From Luteimonas sp. (lineage in GTDB: Bacteria > Pseudomonadota > Gammaproteobacteria > Xanthomonadales > Xanthomonadaceae): 64,000 nucleotides of DNA. The position numbers and the translations under genes were made by a program. The stretch is from contig DATBUS010000090.1 in assembly GCA_036515815.1 (NCBI GenBank), forward strand, positions 472-64,471, in the 5' to 3' direction. The notes under the pieces were generated by a model. That model was not told where the DNA came from, did no database searches, and was given only the letters and a program-made list of their open reading frames with translations. Shown piece after piece: positions 40,253 through 50,329 of this stretch (positions within the stretch are counted from its first letter, which is position 1; every line of letters begins with the position of its first letter).

Positions 40253-40735
40253 TCAGCGCAGCACGCCGGGCAGGCCGGGCGCGGGGCTGAGCGCGCTCCT
40301 GCGCTTCACCGCATAGCTGCGCGCATTGCCGCGGTCGGCGGGCGCGGCAGTGATCGTGCCGTCGAGCGCGTAATCGACGCCCCGGCCCGCCGCCAGCGCG
40401 TCGGCCAGCAGCATGCGGCCGAGTGGCTCCGGCTGCATGCCGACGGCAATGACATCGGCCGATTCGGGCCCGATTTCCAGCGCCGGTGCATCGACCAGCC
40501 TGCCGGCCTCTTCACCGCCAACGGTCAGGGCGAGGTCGAGCGCATCGAAGCGCATCGGGATGCTGCTGTAATTCTGGAGCCGCAGGCTGACCGACCAGCT
40601 CCCGTCGGGCTGCACCGCGAGTTGCTGGATGCTGGCCGCGGGTTCGGACACGCGGCGCACGGGCCCGCCCGAGCAGGCGGCCATGAGCGCGGTGGCGACC
40701 AGCGCCAAGGCGATGACGTGGATTCGACGAGCCAT
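40253..40735 (-). CDS. LEA type 2 / WHy-like lipoprotein
   Basis: Lipobox MAAC; RLQNYSSIPMRF; VDYALDGT. Confidence 0.75.
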   Translation of the reverse strand: MARRIHVIALALVATALMAACSGGPVRRVSEPAASIQQLAVQPDGSWSVSLRLQNYSSIPMRFDALDLALTVGGEEAGRLVDAPALEIGPESADVIAVGMQPEPLGRMLLADALAAGRGVDYALDGTITAAPADRGNARSYAVKRRSALSPAPGLPGVLR

Positions 40736-40805
40736 GCTGGCCTCCGGAATGGGCTTCTCGAGCATAGCATCGGAGGATACGGTGGCGGATGGTCCGCCGC
40801 CGCCC

Positions 40806-42335
40806 TCAGCCGACGCGCAGCGCGATCCCCAGGGCCGGCGTCTCCGCGGGCTCGCCTGCCAGGTCGGCCTGCAGCAGGGGCCGGGCATCCAGGTACCGCG
40901 CGGGCAGGTGCAGCTCGAGCGTGTCGCCAGTGGCCGCGGCGCCCAGTCCCGGGATGTCCGGACTCTCGTGCCCACGATGCAGCAGCACGGCCAACCTGAG
41001 CAGGATCGACAGCTGTCGTGCCGCCGGCAGCAGGCGGTCCGGCAATGCTTCGAACACGTTTTTCGGGACCTTGCGCCGGTGGGCACGGACCAGTGCCGCG
41101 AGGAAGCCCTGTTCCTGGCGCGAGAAGCCGGCGATGTCCGAGTGGGCGAGGATGTAGGCGCCGTGCACCTGGTACTGGCTGTGGGCGATGGTCAGGCCGA
41201 GTTCGTGCAGGCGGGCGGCCCAGGACAGCATCAACCGGTCGTCCGGCGTGAGCTGCCAGGCGCTGGCCACCTCGTCGAACAGCTTGAGGGCGCTCGCCTC
41301 CACGCGCAGCGCCTGTGCCAGGTCGATGCCATAGCGCTGCATCAGCGCGGCCACGGACGCCTCGCGCGGGTCGTGGTCGCCGGCACGGCCGACCATGTCG
41401 TGCAGCACGCCCTCGCGCAGGGCGGCCTTGCTGACCATCATCCGCTGCAGGCCGAGGCTGGTGAACGCGGCTTCCAGCACCAGCAGGCCGCCGGCGATGA
41501 TCGGGCGGCGCTCGTCTGACAGCCCGGGCAGGCTGATGTCGTCGATATGGTCCGCGCGCAGCAGTGCGTCACGGACCTCGGGCAGGGCTTCGGCGGTGAT
41601 CGCGCCCTTGGTCAGCTTCATCGCCGCGCAGATCTCGCCGATCGCCTTGTTGGTGCCCGAGGCGCCGATGGCCTCCTGCCAGCCGAGGTTGCGGTAGGTC
41701 GCCGCGAACTGCTGGAACTCCACCGAGGCCTCGATCACGGCATCGCGCCATTTCCGTCGCGACAGCCGGCCATTGCCGAAATAGCGCAAGGTCCCGGCCA
41801 CTGCGCCAAGCTGGACGCTCTCGCGCTCGAGGGTGCCGAAGCCGAGGCCGATGATGCATTCGGTCGAGCCACCGCCGATATCGAGCACCAGGCGCCGCTG
41901 CCCCGGTTTCGGCGGCTGCGCCTGGGCCACGCCCAGGTAGACCAGGCGGGCCTCCTCGCGGCCGGACACGATCTCGATCGCGTGGCCGAGCGCGGTTTCG
42001 GCCGGCATCAGGAAGGCCTGCGGCGCCGCCAGGCGGCGGACGGTATTGGTCGCCACGGCGCGCACGCGGTGTGGCGGGATGTCCCGGATACGCTGCCCGA
42101 ACCGCGCCAGGCACTGCAGCGCACGCTGGCGCACCTCGGGGGCGAGTCCGCCGCGCGCATCCAGGCCCTCGGCCATGCGCACGGTTTCGCGCAGGCGGTC
42201 GACGATGCGCAGCTGGCCGAGCGTGTAGCGGGCCACGACCATGTGGTAGCTGTTGGAGCCGAGGTCGATCGCGGCGAGCATGTCGCCGTCGACCAGCGGC
42301 TGGCTCTGCGAGGCGGCGGCGGGTGCGGCACTCAT
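40806..42335 (-). CDS. ppx: Exopolyphosphatase
   Basis: AAIDLGSNS, VATNTVR, GREEARL, DIGGGSTE, ALREG, HD-like domain. Confidence 0.97.
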   Translation of the reverse strand: MSAAPAAASQSQPLVDGDMLAAIDLGSNSYHMVVARYTLGQLRIVDRLRETVRMAEGLDARGGLAPEVRQRALQCLARFGQRIRDIPPHRVRAVATNTVRRLAAPQAFLMPAETALGHAIEIVSGREEARLVYLGVAQAQPPKPGQRRLVLDIGGGSTECIIGLGFGTLERESVQLGAVAGTLRYFGNGRLSRRKWRDAVIEASVEFQQFAATYRNLGWQEAIGASGTNKAIGEICAAMKLTKGAITAEALPEVRDALLRADHIDDISLPGLSDERRPIIAGGLLVLEAAFTSLGLQRMMVSKAALREGVLHDMVGRAGDHDPREASVAALMQRYGIDLAQALRVEASALKLFDEVASAWQLTPDDRLMLSWAARLHELGLTIAHSQYQVHGAYILAHSDIAGFSRQEQGFLAALVRAHRRKVPKNVFEALPDRLLPAARQLSILLRLAVLLHRGHESPDIPGLGAAATGDTLELHLPARYLDARPLLQADLAGEPAETPALGIALRVG

Positions 42336-44503
42336 CCGCACATCCCCGCCAGCAGTGCGGCCTGCGCCGAATGCGGTGCCTCGCCTTCGGCGGGGGACAG
42401 CTGCACATAGCTGCCGTCGGCCTGGAGTTTCCACGCATTGGTGTTGTCGGCGAGATAGGTCTCCAGCGCTTCGCTGCACACGCGCGAGGCGATGGCGGGA
42501 TCGAGGATGGGAAAGCAGGTTTCCACGCGGCGCAGGAGGTTCCGTTCCAGCCAGTCGGCGCTGGCACACCATGTCTCGGGTGCGCCGTCGTTGCCGAACC
42601 AGTACACCCGGCTGTGCTCGAGGAAGCGTCCGACGATCGAGCGCACGCGGATATTGTCCGAGACACCGGGGATCCCCGGCCGCAGGGCGCAGGCACCCCG
42701 CACGATCAGGTCGATGCGGACGCCCGCCTGCGACGCGGCATACAGCGCCCGCACGACCTGCGGTTCGTTGAGGGCGTTCATCTTGGCGATGATGCGCGCC
42801 GGACGCCCGGCCGCGGCCAGCCGCGCCTCGCGCTCGATGCGCGCGAGCACGCCGCGGTGCAGGGTGAACGGCGACTGCAGCAGGCGCTTGAGGCGGATGG
42901 CAGGCGCCAGGCCGGAGATCTGCTGGAAGATCTGGTGCACGTCGCTCGCGATGTCCGGATCGGCCGTCATCAGGCTGAGATCGGTGTAGGCGCGCGCAGT
43001 GCCGCTATGGTAGTTGCCGGTGCCCATGTGCACGTAGCGGCGCAGCCGACGGCCCTCGCGACGCACTACCAGCAGCATCTTGGCGTGGGTCTTGTAGCCG
43101 ACCACGCCGTAGACCACCTGCACGCCGGCATCCTGGAGCCGGTCGGCCAGGCCCAGGTTGGCTTCCTCGTCGAAGCGCGCGCGCAGTTCCACCACCACGG
43201 TGACGTCCTTGCCGTTGCGCGCGGCCTGGACCAGGTGCTCGACGATGGGCGACTCGCGGCCGGTGCGATAGAGCGTCTGCTTGATCGCCAGCACGCCCGG
43301 GTCGGCCGCGGCCTGCTTCAGCAGCTCGAGCACCGGGCTGAAACTGTCGAAGGGGTGGTGCAGCAGTACGTCTCCCTCCGCGATGCGCTCGAACATGGCA
43401 TCGCCGCCGGGCAGCTGGCGTGGCTGGAAGGGCGGGAACTTCAGCTCGGGCCGTTCGACCTCGTTGTACACCTGGATCACGCGGTTGAGGTTCACCGGGC
43501 CGTTGATCCGGTAGACCGCGTTCTCGGGCAGGTCGAAGTTGCTGAGCAGGTCGCGGACGATCGGCTCGGGGCAATCGGCTGCGATCTCCAGTCGCATCGC
43601 ACGCAGGTAGCCGCGCCCGATCAGCTCGTCGCGCAGCGCCAGCGCCAGGTTCTCGACTTCGTCCTCGTCGACGATCAGCTCGGAGTTGCGGGTCACGCGG
43701 AACTGGTAGGCGCCGCGGACGGCCATGCCGGGGAACAGGTCCTCGACGAACTGCGACAGCATCGCCGACAGGAACACGAAGTCGTGCTCTCCACCCGACA
43801 CGCGCTCGGGCAGGCGGATGATCCGCGCCAGCGACCGCGGCGCGCGCACGATGGCGAGATGCCCGCTGCGCCCGAACGCGTCCTTGCCCTCGAGCACCAC
43901 CACCAGGTTCAGCGACTTGTTGAGGATCTTCGGGAACGGGTGCGCCGGGTCCAGGCCCAGCGGCGACAGCACCGGCAGGATCTCCTCGCGGAAGTAGGCC
44001 CGCAGCCAGCGGCGCTGGCGGGTGTTCCAGGTCTCGCGCGCCAGCACGCGGATGCCGGCGTCGTTCAGGGCCGGGCGGAGGACCTCGTTCCAGCACGCGT
44101 ACTGCGCGGCCACCAGCTCGGCGGTGCGCTCGTGGATCCGCCTCAGCACCGTCACCGGCGAGAGGCCATCCGGCGGCAGCGGGACCTCGTAGTCCTGCGC
44201 GTGGCGCACCGTGGCCGCGCGGATCTCGAAGAACTCGTCCAGGTTGGTGCAGGAAATGCACAGGAAGCGCAGGCGCTCCAGCAGCGGGATCGTGGCGTCC
44301 TGCGCCTGCGCAAGCACGCGGAAGTTGAAGTCGAGCTGGGACAGCTCGCGGTTGAGGTAGAGCGAAGGGTCGCGCAGCGGGTCGTCGGCCTGCTGCGGGG
44401 CGGGCGGGACGGGCAGGCCGGCGGAGGCGTCGGGGGCGGACGTGCGCACCGCGCGGCGGTCAGTCGTCTTGCGCGGCGATGGGCTGGGCTTGCGGGTGCT
44501 CAT
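42332..44503 (-). CDS. ppk1: Polyphosphate kinase 1
   Basis: NRELSQLDFN, NLDEFFEIR, LHHPFDSF, KQTLYRT, ELRARFDEEAN, KTHAKM, GTGNY, GRFLEHSR. Confidence 0.99.
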   Translation of the reverse strand: MSTRKPSPSPRKTTDRRAVRTSAPDASAGLPVPPAPQQADDPLRDPSLYLNRELSQLDFNFRVLAQAQDATIPLLERLRFLCISCTNLDEFFEIRAATVRHAQDYEVPLPPDGLSPVTVLRRIHERTAELVAAQYACWNEVLRPALNDAGIRVLARETWNTRQRRWLRAYFREEILPVLSPLGLDPAHPFPKILNKSLNLVVVLEGKDAFGRSGHLAIVRAPRSLARIIRLPERVSGGEHDFVFLSAMLSQFVEDLFPGMAVRGAYQFRVTRNSELIVDEDEVENLALALRDELIGRGYLRAMRLEIAADCPEPIVRDLLSNFDLPENAVYRINGPVNLNRVIQVYNEVERPELKFPPFQPRQLPGGDAMFERIAEGDVLLHHPFDSFSPVLELLKQAAADPGVLAIKQTLYRTGRESPIVEHLVQAARNGKDVTVVVELRARFDEEANLGLADRLQDAGVQVVYGVVGYKTHAKMLLVVRREGRRLRRYVHMGTGNYHSGTARAYTDLSLMTADPDIASDVHQIFQQISGLAPAIRLKRLLQSPFTLHRGVLARIEREARLAAAGRPARIIAKMNALNEPQVVRALYAASQAGVRIDLIVRGACALRPGIPGVSDNIRVRSIVGRFLEHSRVYWFGNDGAPETWCASADWLERNLLRRVETCFPILDPAIASRVCSEALETYLADNTNAWKLQADGSYVQLSPAEGEAPHSAQAALLAGMCG

Positions 44504-45818
44504 GCGGATCCTTGCTGCGCGCGATCACGCGATCGGCGCCGAAACGGCAGGTGAAGGTACTGCCGCGGCCGACCTCGCTGGTGATCGCCAGCCGGGCCTG
44601 GTGCAGCTGCAGCACGTGTTTGACGATGGCGAGCCCGAGGCCGGTACCGCCGGTCTCGCGGGTGCGGCTGCTGGAGACCCGGTAGAAGCGCTCGGTCAGG
44701 CGCGCGATATGCGGTTCGGGGATGCCATAGCCGGTGTCCTCGACTGAAAGCTCGACCCCGCCGCCATCCGAGGGCGCGAGGCGAATGGCGACCTGGCCGC
44801 CGCTGGGCGTGTAGCGCACGGCATTGGCCACGAGGTTGGAGAAGGCGCTGTGGAGTTCCCGGCCGGAGCCGAGCAGGTCGACGCCGGCCGTGTCTTCCAC
44901 CAGCACCGTATGCCGGCCCTGGCTCAGGGCCTGGGCTTCGCGGCGCAGGGTCGCGAGCATCGGTTCCATCGCCACGTCCTCGTCCTCCAGCGCGTCCCTG
45001 GCCTCGAGCCGCGACAGGGCGAGCAGGTCTTCGACCAGCTGGGTCATCCGCTGCGACTGGCGACGCATTTCGGCGATGATCGGCGCCCACTCGGCATCCT
45101 CATCGGGCTCGAGCATGTCGAGGTAACCGTGGACCACGGTCAGCGGCGTGCGCAGTTCGTGCGAGACATTGGCAACGAAGTCCCGGCGTACCTGTTCCAG
45201 TCGCATGAGCTTGCCGACGTCGCGGGCGACGAGCAGCCAGAGTGCATCGGAGTAGGGGATCAGTCGCAGGCTGATGCGGATGGCCGGGTCGACGGGCGAG
45301 GCCGCGTCCACGATGGGCTCGGCATGCCGCCCGGCACTGAGCCAGTGCGAGATCGGCAGGGGCTGCAGGCGTTCGACCAGGCTCGCGCCCTTGTCGCGCG
45401 GATAGTCGAGGCCGAGCAGCCGACCGGCCGCAGCGTTGCACCAGATGACGCGCTGGGTGTTGCGGTCCACCACCACCAGCGCGTCGGGCAGTGCGGTGGC
45501 CACGGCCCGGTAGGCGCGCATCATCTCCACGAGCCGGCGCTCGCGGCCCCTGACCTGCAGGCGCGCGCGGTGCAACAGGCTTTCCACGTTGTCCCATGCA
45601 CCACCCCCGGGCCGCGGTGGCGGCGGTCGCACCCGCGACTCGAGCAGGTGGGTGAGCCGGCGCAGTCGCAGCAGATGCAGGCCGAGGAGCGCGAGCGCTG
45701 CCACCGCAAGCGCAGCCCAGGGCCGGCCCAGCAGGAAGCCCGCGATCAGGGCGGCGGCCAGGACCGCGGCCAGCGTGGCCAGGGTCCGCTGCCAGGGCGG
45801 CTGGAGGGTCGGCGGCAT
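44460..45818 (-). CDS. phoR: Phosphate regulon sensor kinase
   Basis: PAS region, FVANVSHELRTPL, NLVANAVRY, EDTGYGIP, GTGLGLAIV. Confidence 0.97.
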   Translation of the reverse strand: MPPTLQPPWQRTLATLAAVLAAALIAGFLLGRPWAALAVAALALLGLHLLRLRRLTHLLESRVRPPPPRPGGGAWDNVESLLHRARLQVRGRERRLVEMMRAYRAVATALPDALVVVDRNTQRVIWCNAAAGRLLGLDYPRDKGASLVERLQPLPISHWLSAGRHAEPIVDAASPVDPAIRISLRLIPYSDALWLLVARDVGKLMRLEQVRRDFVANVSHELRTPLTVVHGYLDMLEPDEDAEWAPIIAEMRRQSQRMTQLVEDLLALSRLEARDALEDEDVAMEPMLATLRREAQALSQGRHTVLVEDTAGVDLLGSGRELHSAFSNLVANAVRYTPSGGQVAIRLAPSDGGGVELSVEDTGYGIPEPHIARLTERFYRVSSSRTRETGGTGLGLAIVKHVLQLHQARLAITSEVGRGSTFTCRFGADRVIARSKDPHEHPQAQPIAAQDD

Positions 45819-45827
45819 GCCGCCAGT

Positions 45828-46517
45828 CTAGACCGCGGCCGAGAATCGGTAACCGGCCCCACGCACGGTCTGCACCATGCCGTCGAGCGCGAAGGGCTCC
45901 AGCGTCTTCCTGAGACGCCTGATGTGCACGTCGACCGTGCGCTCCTCGACATAGACGCTGCCGCCCCAGACATGGTCGAGCAGCTGCGAGCGCGTATAGA
46001 CGCGGTCGGGATGGGTCATGAAGAAGTGCAGCAGCCGGTATTCGGTGGGGCCGATCGTGACCGGCTCCTCGCCGGCAAAGACGCGGTGCGCGGCCCCGTC
46101 GATGCGCAGCCCGCCCACCGTCACGCTGCCATCCTCGTCGTCGTCGCGCGATCGCCGCATCACCGCCCTGATCCGGGCCAGCAGTTCGCGGGCGGAGAAG
46201 GGCTTGACCACGTAGTCGTCGACGCCGGCCTCGAGTCCGCCGACGCGGTCGTTCTCCTCGCCGCGCGCGGTCAGCATGATGATCGGCACGTCGCGTGTGA
46301 GCGACTCGCGCCGCCAGCGCCGGGCCAGCTCGATGCCGGTGGTGCCGGGCAGCATCCAGTCCAGCAGGATGAGGTCGGGGACCTTGTCGGCGATCGCTTC
46401 CTGCGCCTGGCGCGCGTCGCCGGCGTGGACCGGTTCATAGTCGCCCTTGCGCACGGCGAAGGCGACCATGTCGCGGATGGCGGGTTCGTCGTCGACGATG
46501 AGGATGCGCTTCTGCAC
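45828..46517 (-). CDS. phoB: Phosphate regulon response regulator
   Basis: [43 protein letters not shown]; GTG start at 46517. Confidence 0.97.
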   Translation of the reverse strand: MQKRILIVDDEPAIRDMVAFAVRKGDYEPVHAGDARQAQEAIADKVPDLILLDWMLPGTTGIELARRWRRESLTRDVPIIMLTARGEENDRVGGLEAGVDDYVVKPFSARELLARIRAVMRRSRDDDEDGSVTVGGLRIDGAAHRVFAGEEPVTIGPTEYRLLHFFMTHPDRVYTRSQLLDHVWGGSVYVEERTVDVHIRRLRKTLEPFALDGMVQTVRGAGYRFSAAV

Positions 46518-46550
46518 GCGGTCACCGCTCTCGCTCCTGGGTTCCACGCC

Positions 46551-46584
46551 ATTAGACGACGGTTTGGTGACAGTCCGGTGACAC
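46551..46584 (-). promoter_or_regulatory. Pho box and -10 element of the phoBR-ppk1-ppx promoter
   Basis: Minus strand GTGTCAC-CGGA-CTGTCAC (11-nt period), then exactly 10 nt, then TCTAAT. Confidence 0.8.
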
Positions 46585-46601
46585 TGTCACGCAGGCGCCG
46601 C

Positions 46602-48191
46602 CTAATGGCGCAGGACGGGATCGCGGATGCCCTGGCGGCGGAGTTCCAGGACGGTCGGGGTGATCGCGGCGATGCGGGCGTCGATGCGCGCGCGGGCGTA
46701 GTAGTCGAGGTCGTCGCGCCGGCGCAGCGTATTGAGCTGCATCAGCGCCTGTTCGGCACGGCCGTTGAGGAAGGCGCTCTCGGCCCAGGCTTCGCCGGCG
46801 CGCACCGGATCGCCGGCGATCTCGCTGGCACGTGCGAAGGTGCGCTGGAACACCGGATCCTCGCTGGAGCCGGACATCAGCGGGCGCAGGATGTCCTGCG
46901 CGCGGCGGCCTGCGGCGGGGTTGTTGCGCTCGGCCAGAACGCCGGCGTAGGCGAGCACCACGGCCCGGTTCCGCGGCATGCGCCCGAGGAGCGCCTCGAA
47001 GCGCGCGTCGGATTCGGCGTGCCTGCCCAGCCGGGACTCGGCCTCGGCGAGCCCGAGCAGCAGCCAGACGTCGCCCGGGTGACGGGAAAGCAGCGCTTCG
47101 AAGCCACGGGCCGCATCGGCGCCGTCGCCGGCCAGCAACTGGGCAACCGCCAACCCGTAGCGCTGGGCGTCGTCGAGGGGGGCGGCCCGGCCGAGCCTGC
47201 CGTACTCGCTGATGGCTTCCCGCGGCGTATTCGCGCTCAGTACGCGCAGTCGCTCGCGCACCCAGCCGAAACGGGCGCCGGTCCCGCCGCCGTCCGAGGC
47301 GGACGCGGGAGACGGCGCAGGCCGGAGGCCCGGCGGCAGCAGGGGACTGTTGCCGGCGAGCGCCGAAGTAGCGAAGTTGCCCGCTTGCCGGCCCTCGTAC
47401 TGCGCGGCCAGCTGGCGCGTCTCGCTGATGCGGGTGGTGGTGACCGGGTGGGTGCGCATGTAGTCGGGCATGCGCTCGCGTTCGCCGCCCTGGTTGGTGC
47501 GCGAAAGCGCCTGCATGCGTTCGAACATGCGCGCCATGGCGGCGGTGTCGTAGCCGCTGCGGGCGAGGGTGCGCATGCCCAGGCGGTCGGCCTCGGACTC
47601 GTTCGAACGGGTGTAGTCGATCTGTCGCTGCACGGCCAGGCCCTGCATGCTGGCGATCGCCGCCATGCCGGCGTCGCCCGCCGAACTGCTGTCCGACTGC
47701 GAGGCCACCGCCACTGCCCCAAGCATCGCCAGCAGCAGCGGTACGCTGTCACGCTGCGCGCGTTCGACGCCGCGCAGCACATGGGCCTGTGTCACGTGCG
47801 CGACCTCGTGGGCGATCACGCCGGCCACCTCGTCCTCGCTCTCGGCCGCGAGCACCAGTCCCGCATTGGTGCCGATATAGCCGCCGAGGGTGGCGAAGGC
47901 GTTGATCGAACGGTCCTTCAGCATGAAGAAGGTGAACGGCTGCGCCGGCTGGTCGCTGGCGGCGGCCAGCCGGTTGCCCAGGCCGCGCAGCCAGCCGTCC
48001 ACCAGGGGATCGTCGAGGACGTAGTCATAGTGGCGCAGTTGCGCCAGCAGCATCTTTCCGTACTCCTCCTGCTGCGCCGGGGCCAGCAGCGTCTCCGCCG
48101 ACGACCCGATGTCGGGCAGTCGCTGCTGCGCCGCCAGGGGTGCGGTGGCGAGCGTGAGGAGCAGGGCGGTGGCGGCGGGAAGCAGGCGCAT
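46602..48191 (-). CDS. M48 metalloprotease with TPR repeats (BepA/YfgC-like)
   Basis: INAFATLGG, HEVAH (HExxH), NESEADR, YMRTHP; signal peptide. Confidence 0.92.
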   Translation of the reverse strand: MRLLPAATALLLTLATAPLAAQQRLPDIGSSAETLLAPAQQEEYGKMLLAQLRHYDYVLDDPLVDGWLRGLGNRLAAASDQPAQPFTFFMLKDRSINAFATLGGYIGTNAGLVLAAESEDEVAGVIAHEVAHVTQAHVLRGVERAQRDSVPLLLAMLGAVAVASQSDSSSAGDAGMAAIASMQGLAVQRQIDYTRSNESEADRLGMRTLARSGYDTAAMARMFERMQALSRTNQGGERERMPDYMRTHPVTTTRISETRQLAAQYEGRQAGNFATSALAGNSPLLPPGLRPAPSPASASDGGGTGARFGWVRERLRVLSANTPREAISEYGRLGRAAPLDDAQRYGLAVAQLLAGDGADAARGFEALLSRHPGDVWLLLGLAEAESRLGRHAESDARFEALLGRMPRNRAVVLAYAGVLAERNNPAAGRRAQDILRPLMSGSSEDPVFQRTFARASEIAGDPVRAGEAWAESAFLNGRAEQALMQLNTLRRRDDLDYYARARIDARIAAITPTVLELRRQGIRDPVLRH

Positions 48192-48364
48192 GCGGGAGTG
48201 TGGTCCGGAGGCTGGCGACAGGATGGGGGCGGGGCCCGCGGAGGGAGTGAATACCGCGTTAATCCGCGAGTATTGGTGCGCCTGGCACGCGCGACTGCTG
48301 AAATTCGGGTGGCGGGCCCGCACAATCGGACCATCGCAGCCCCCGCGAGTTCCCGGAGACCGTC

Positions 48365-48643
48365 TTGAGCGAGCAAGCTTCCCCCACCATCACCATGTAC
48401 ACCAGCGCCGTCTGCGCGTATTGCGTCGCGGCCAAGAACTTCCTGCGCAGCAAGGGCCTGGAATGGACCGAAGTGCGCGTCGACCTCGATCCCGCCGAGC
48501 GCGAGCGCATGGTCGCCCGGGCCGGCCGCACCTCGGTGCCACAGATCTTCGTGGGCGATTTCCATGTCGGCGGCTATGACGACATGATGGCCCTGCACCG
48601 GACCGGCGGCTTCGAACCGCTGCTGCAGGGGAAGGACGCATGA
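48365..48643 (+). CDS. grxC: Glutaredoxin 3
   Basis: CAYC active site, RTSVPQIF, VGGYDD; TTG start. Confidence 0.92.
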   Translation: MSEQASPTITMYTSAVCAYCVAAKNFLRSKGLEWTEVRVDLDPAERERMVARAGRTSVPQIFVGDFHVGGYDDMMALHRTGGFEPLLQGKDA

Positions 48644-49020
48644 GCGACGACGCCCGCGTCCGCGAGTTCACCGGGTTCCGCGAGCGGATGAACCAGCGCA
48701 TCCTGGCCGAACCCAACCAGGTGGTGCGGCGGTTCTTCGCGCTGGATACCCAGTCCTACCAGGCCGGCGTGCTGGACGTCGCCACCAAGGAGCTGCTCGG
48801 GCTGGTGGCCTCGCTGGTCCTCCGGTGCGACGACTGCATCAGCTACCACGTCGCGCGCTGCCGCGAAGCCGGCGTCGGCCGCGACGCCATGTTCGAGGCG
48901 TTCTCGATCGGTTTGGTGGTGGGTGGCAGCATCGTGATTCCCCACCTGCGCCGTGCGGTGGACTTCCTCGACCAGCTCGAGGCCGGGGCCGACGCGCCGG
49001 CGGAGCACTCCCACGACTGA
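48640..49020 (+). CDS. Carboxymuconolactone decarboxylase/AhpD-family protein
   Basis: KELLGLVASLVLRCDDCISYH, GGSIVIPH; 4-nt overlap with grxC. Confidence 0.88.
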   Translation: MSDDARVREFTGFRERMNQRILAEPNQVVRRFFALDTQSYQAGVLDVATKELLGLVASLVLRCDDCISYHVARCREAGVGRDAMFEAFSIGLVVGGSIVIPHLRRAVDFLDQLEAGADAPAEHSHD

Positions 49021-49164
49021 AGGCCCCTGCGGCGGCGCGCGCACCGCTCCGTTGCGCCGCTGCCCGGCAGGCGGGGCCTGCGTTTGGCATAATCGGGAGC
49101 TGCATTCCGTCCCCTGACGCCCCGGCCCGCGCCCCGGCGTCCCCCCAGCATGGACCCCTAGACA

Positions 49165-50178
49165 ATGACCCAGACAATCACGGTCATCCGCGGCGATGGC
49201 ATCGGCCCGGAGATCATGGACGCCACCCTGCACGTGCTCGAGGCGATGAAGCTCGGGCTCGCGTACGAGGAGGCCGACGCCGGCCTCGTGGCGCTCGAGA
49301 AGCACGGCGAACTGCTGCCGCAGGCCACGCTCGAGTCGATCGCCCGCAACAGGGTGGCGCTGAAGAGCCCCCTGACCACGCCCGTCGGCGGCGGCTTCTC
49401 CTCGATCAACGTGCAGCTGCGCCGGCACTTCGACCTGTACGCCAACGTGCGCCCCGCGACCTCGTTCCCCAACACGCGCTCGCGCTTTACCGAGGGCGTG
49501 GACATCATCACCGTGCGCGAGAACACCGAGGGCGCCTATACCGCCGAAGGCCAGGAAACCGCACCCGACGGCAGCTGGGCGGTCTCGATCACCCGCAATA
49601 CCCGCAAGGGGTCCGAGCGGATCGTGCGCTATGCCTTCGACCTCGCCCGCCGCACCGGCCGGAAGAAGGTCACCGTGGTGCACAAGGCCAACATCCTGAA
49701 GTCGACCTCGGGCATCTTCCTCAATGCCGCGCGCGACGTGGCGAAGGAATACCCCGACATCGAGTGCAACGAGATGATCGTGGACAACTGCTGCATGCAG
49801 CTGGTCATGCGCCCGGAGCAGTTCGACATCATCGTGACCACGAACCTCTTCGGCGACATCATCTCCGACCTCTGCGCCGGCCTGATCGGCGGCCTGGGGC
49901 TGATCCCCGGCGCCAACATCGGCAAGGACGCGGCCATCTTCGAGGCCGTGCACGGCTCGGCGCCGGACATCGCGGGCCAGGGCATCGCCAATCCCTGCGC
50001 GCTGCTGCTGGGCGCGGCGCAGATGCTCGACCACCTCGACATGGCCGACCGCGCCGCGGAGCTTCGCGCGGCCATCGTCGCGACCCTGGAAGCGAAGGAC
50101 TCGCTGACCCCCGACCTGGGCGGCAGCGGCACCACGATGTCGTTCGCCAGGGCCATCGCGAGCCGCGTCGCGGCGTGA
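49165..50178 (+). CDS. icd: Isocitrate dehydrogenase (isocitrate/isopropylmalate dehydrogenase family, probably NAD-dependent)
   Basis: GDGIGPEI, RENTEG, VHKANILK, NLFGDIISD, FEAVHGSAPDIAG. Confidence 0.85.
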   Translation: MTQTITVIRGDGIGPEIMDATLHVLEAMKLGLAYEEADAGLVALEKHGELLPQATLESIARNRVALKSPLTTPVGGGFSSINVQLRRHFDLYANVRPATSFPNTRSRFTEGVDIITVRENTEGAYTAEGQETAPDGSWAVSITRNTRKGSERIVRYAFDLARRTGRKKVTVVHKANILKSTSGIFLNAARDVAKEYPDIECNEMIVDNCCMQLVMRPEQFDIIVTTNLFGDIISDLCAGLIGGLGLIPGANIGKDAAIFEAVHGSAPDIAGQGIANPCALLLGAAQMLDHLDMADRAAELRAAIVATLEAKDSLTPDLGGSGTTMSFARAIASRVAA

Positions 50179-50217
50179 CACTGGACTCGCCGCGCCCCGC
50201 GCGGCAGGACCGACTGG

Positions 50218-50244
50218 ACGGGCGCTTCGGCGCCCGTTTCGTTT
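50218..50244 (+). terminator. Intrinsic terminator after icd
   Basis: ACGGGCGC-TTCG-GCGCCCGT followed by TTCGTTT. Confidence 0.75.
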
Positions 50245-50329
50245 CTGGAACACCGGCATCCCGGGCGCCGCCTCGACAGCCCGGCGCGCAGACCGCCACA
50301 ATCGCCGATCCTTTCATGCGGATAAAGCG

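Noticed and set aside
44850-48368. Very long antisense/alternative-frame ORFs (e.g. 44850-48368, 38222-40999, 56645-59455, 23803-26256, 28791-31301)
   Set aside because: They are shadows of well-supported genes, expected in ~70% GC DNA where stop codons are rare; their translations have no recognisable motifs.
50179-50329. Riboswitch upstream of the NhaC-family transporter
   Set aside because: No recognisable SAM, lysine or glycine aptamer signature; the main hairpin is the icd terminator.
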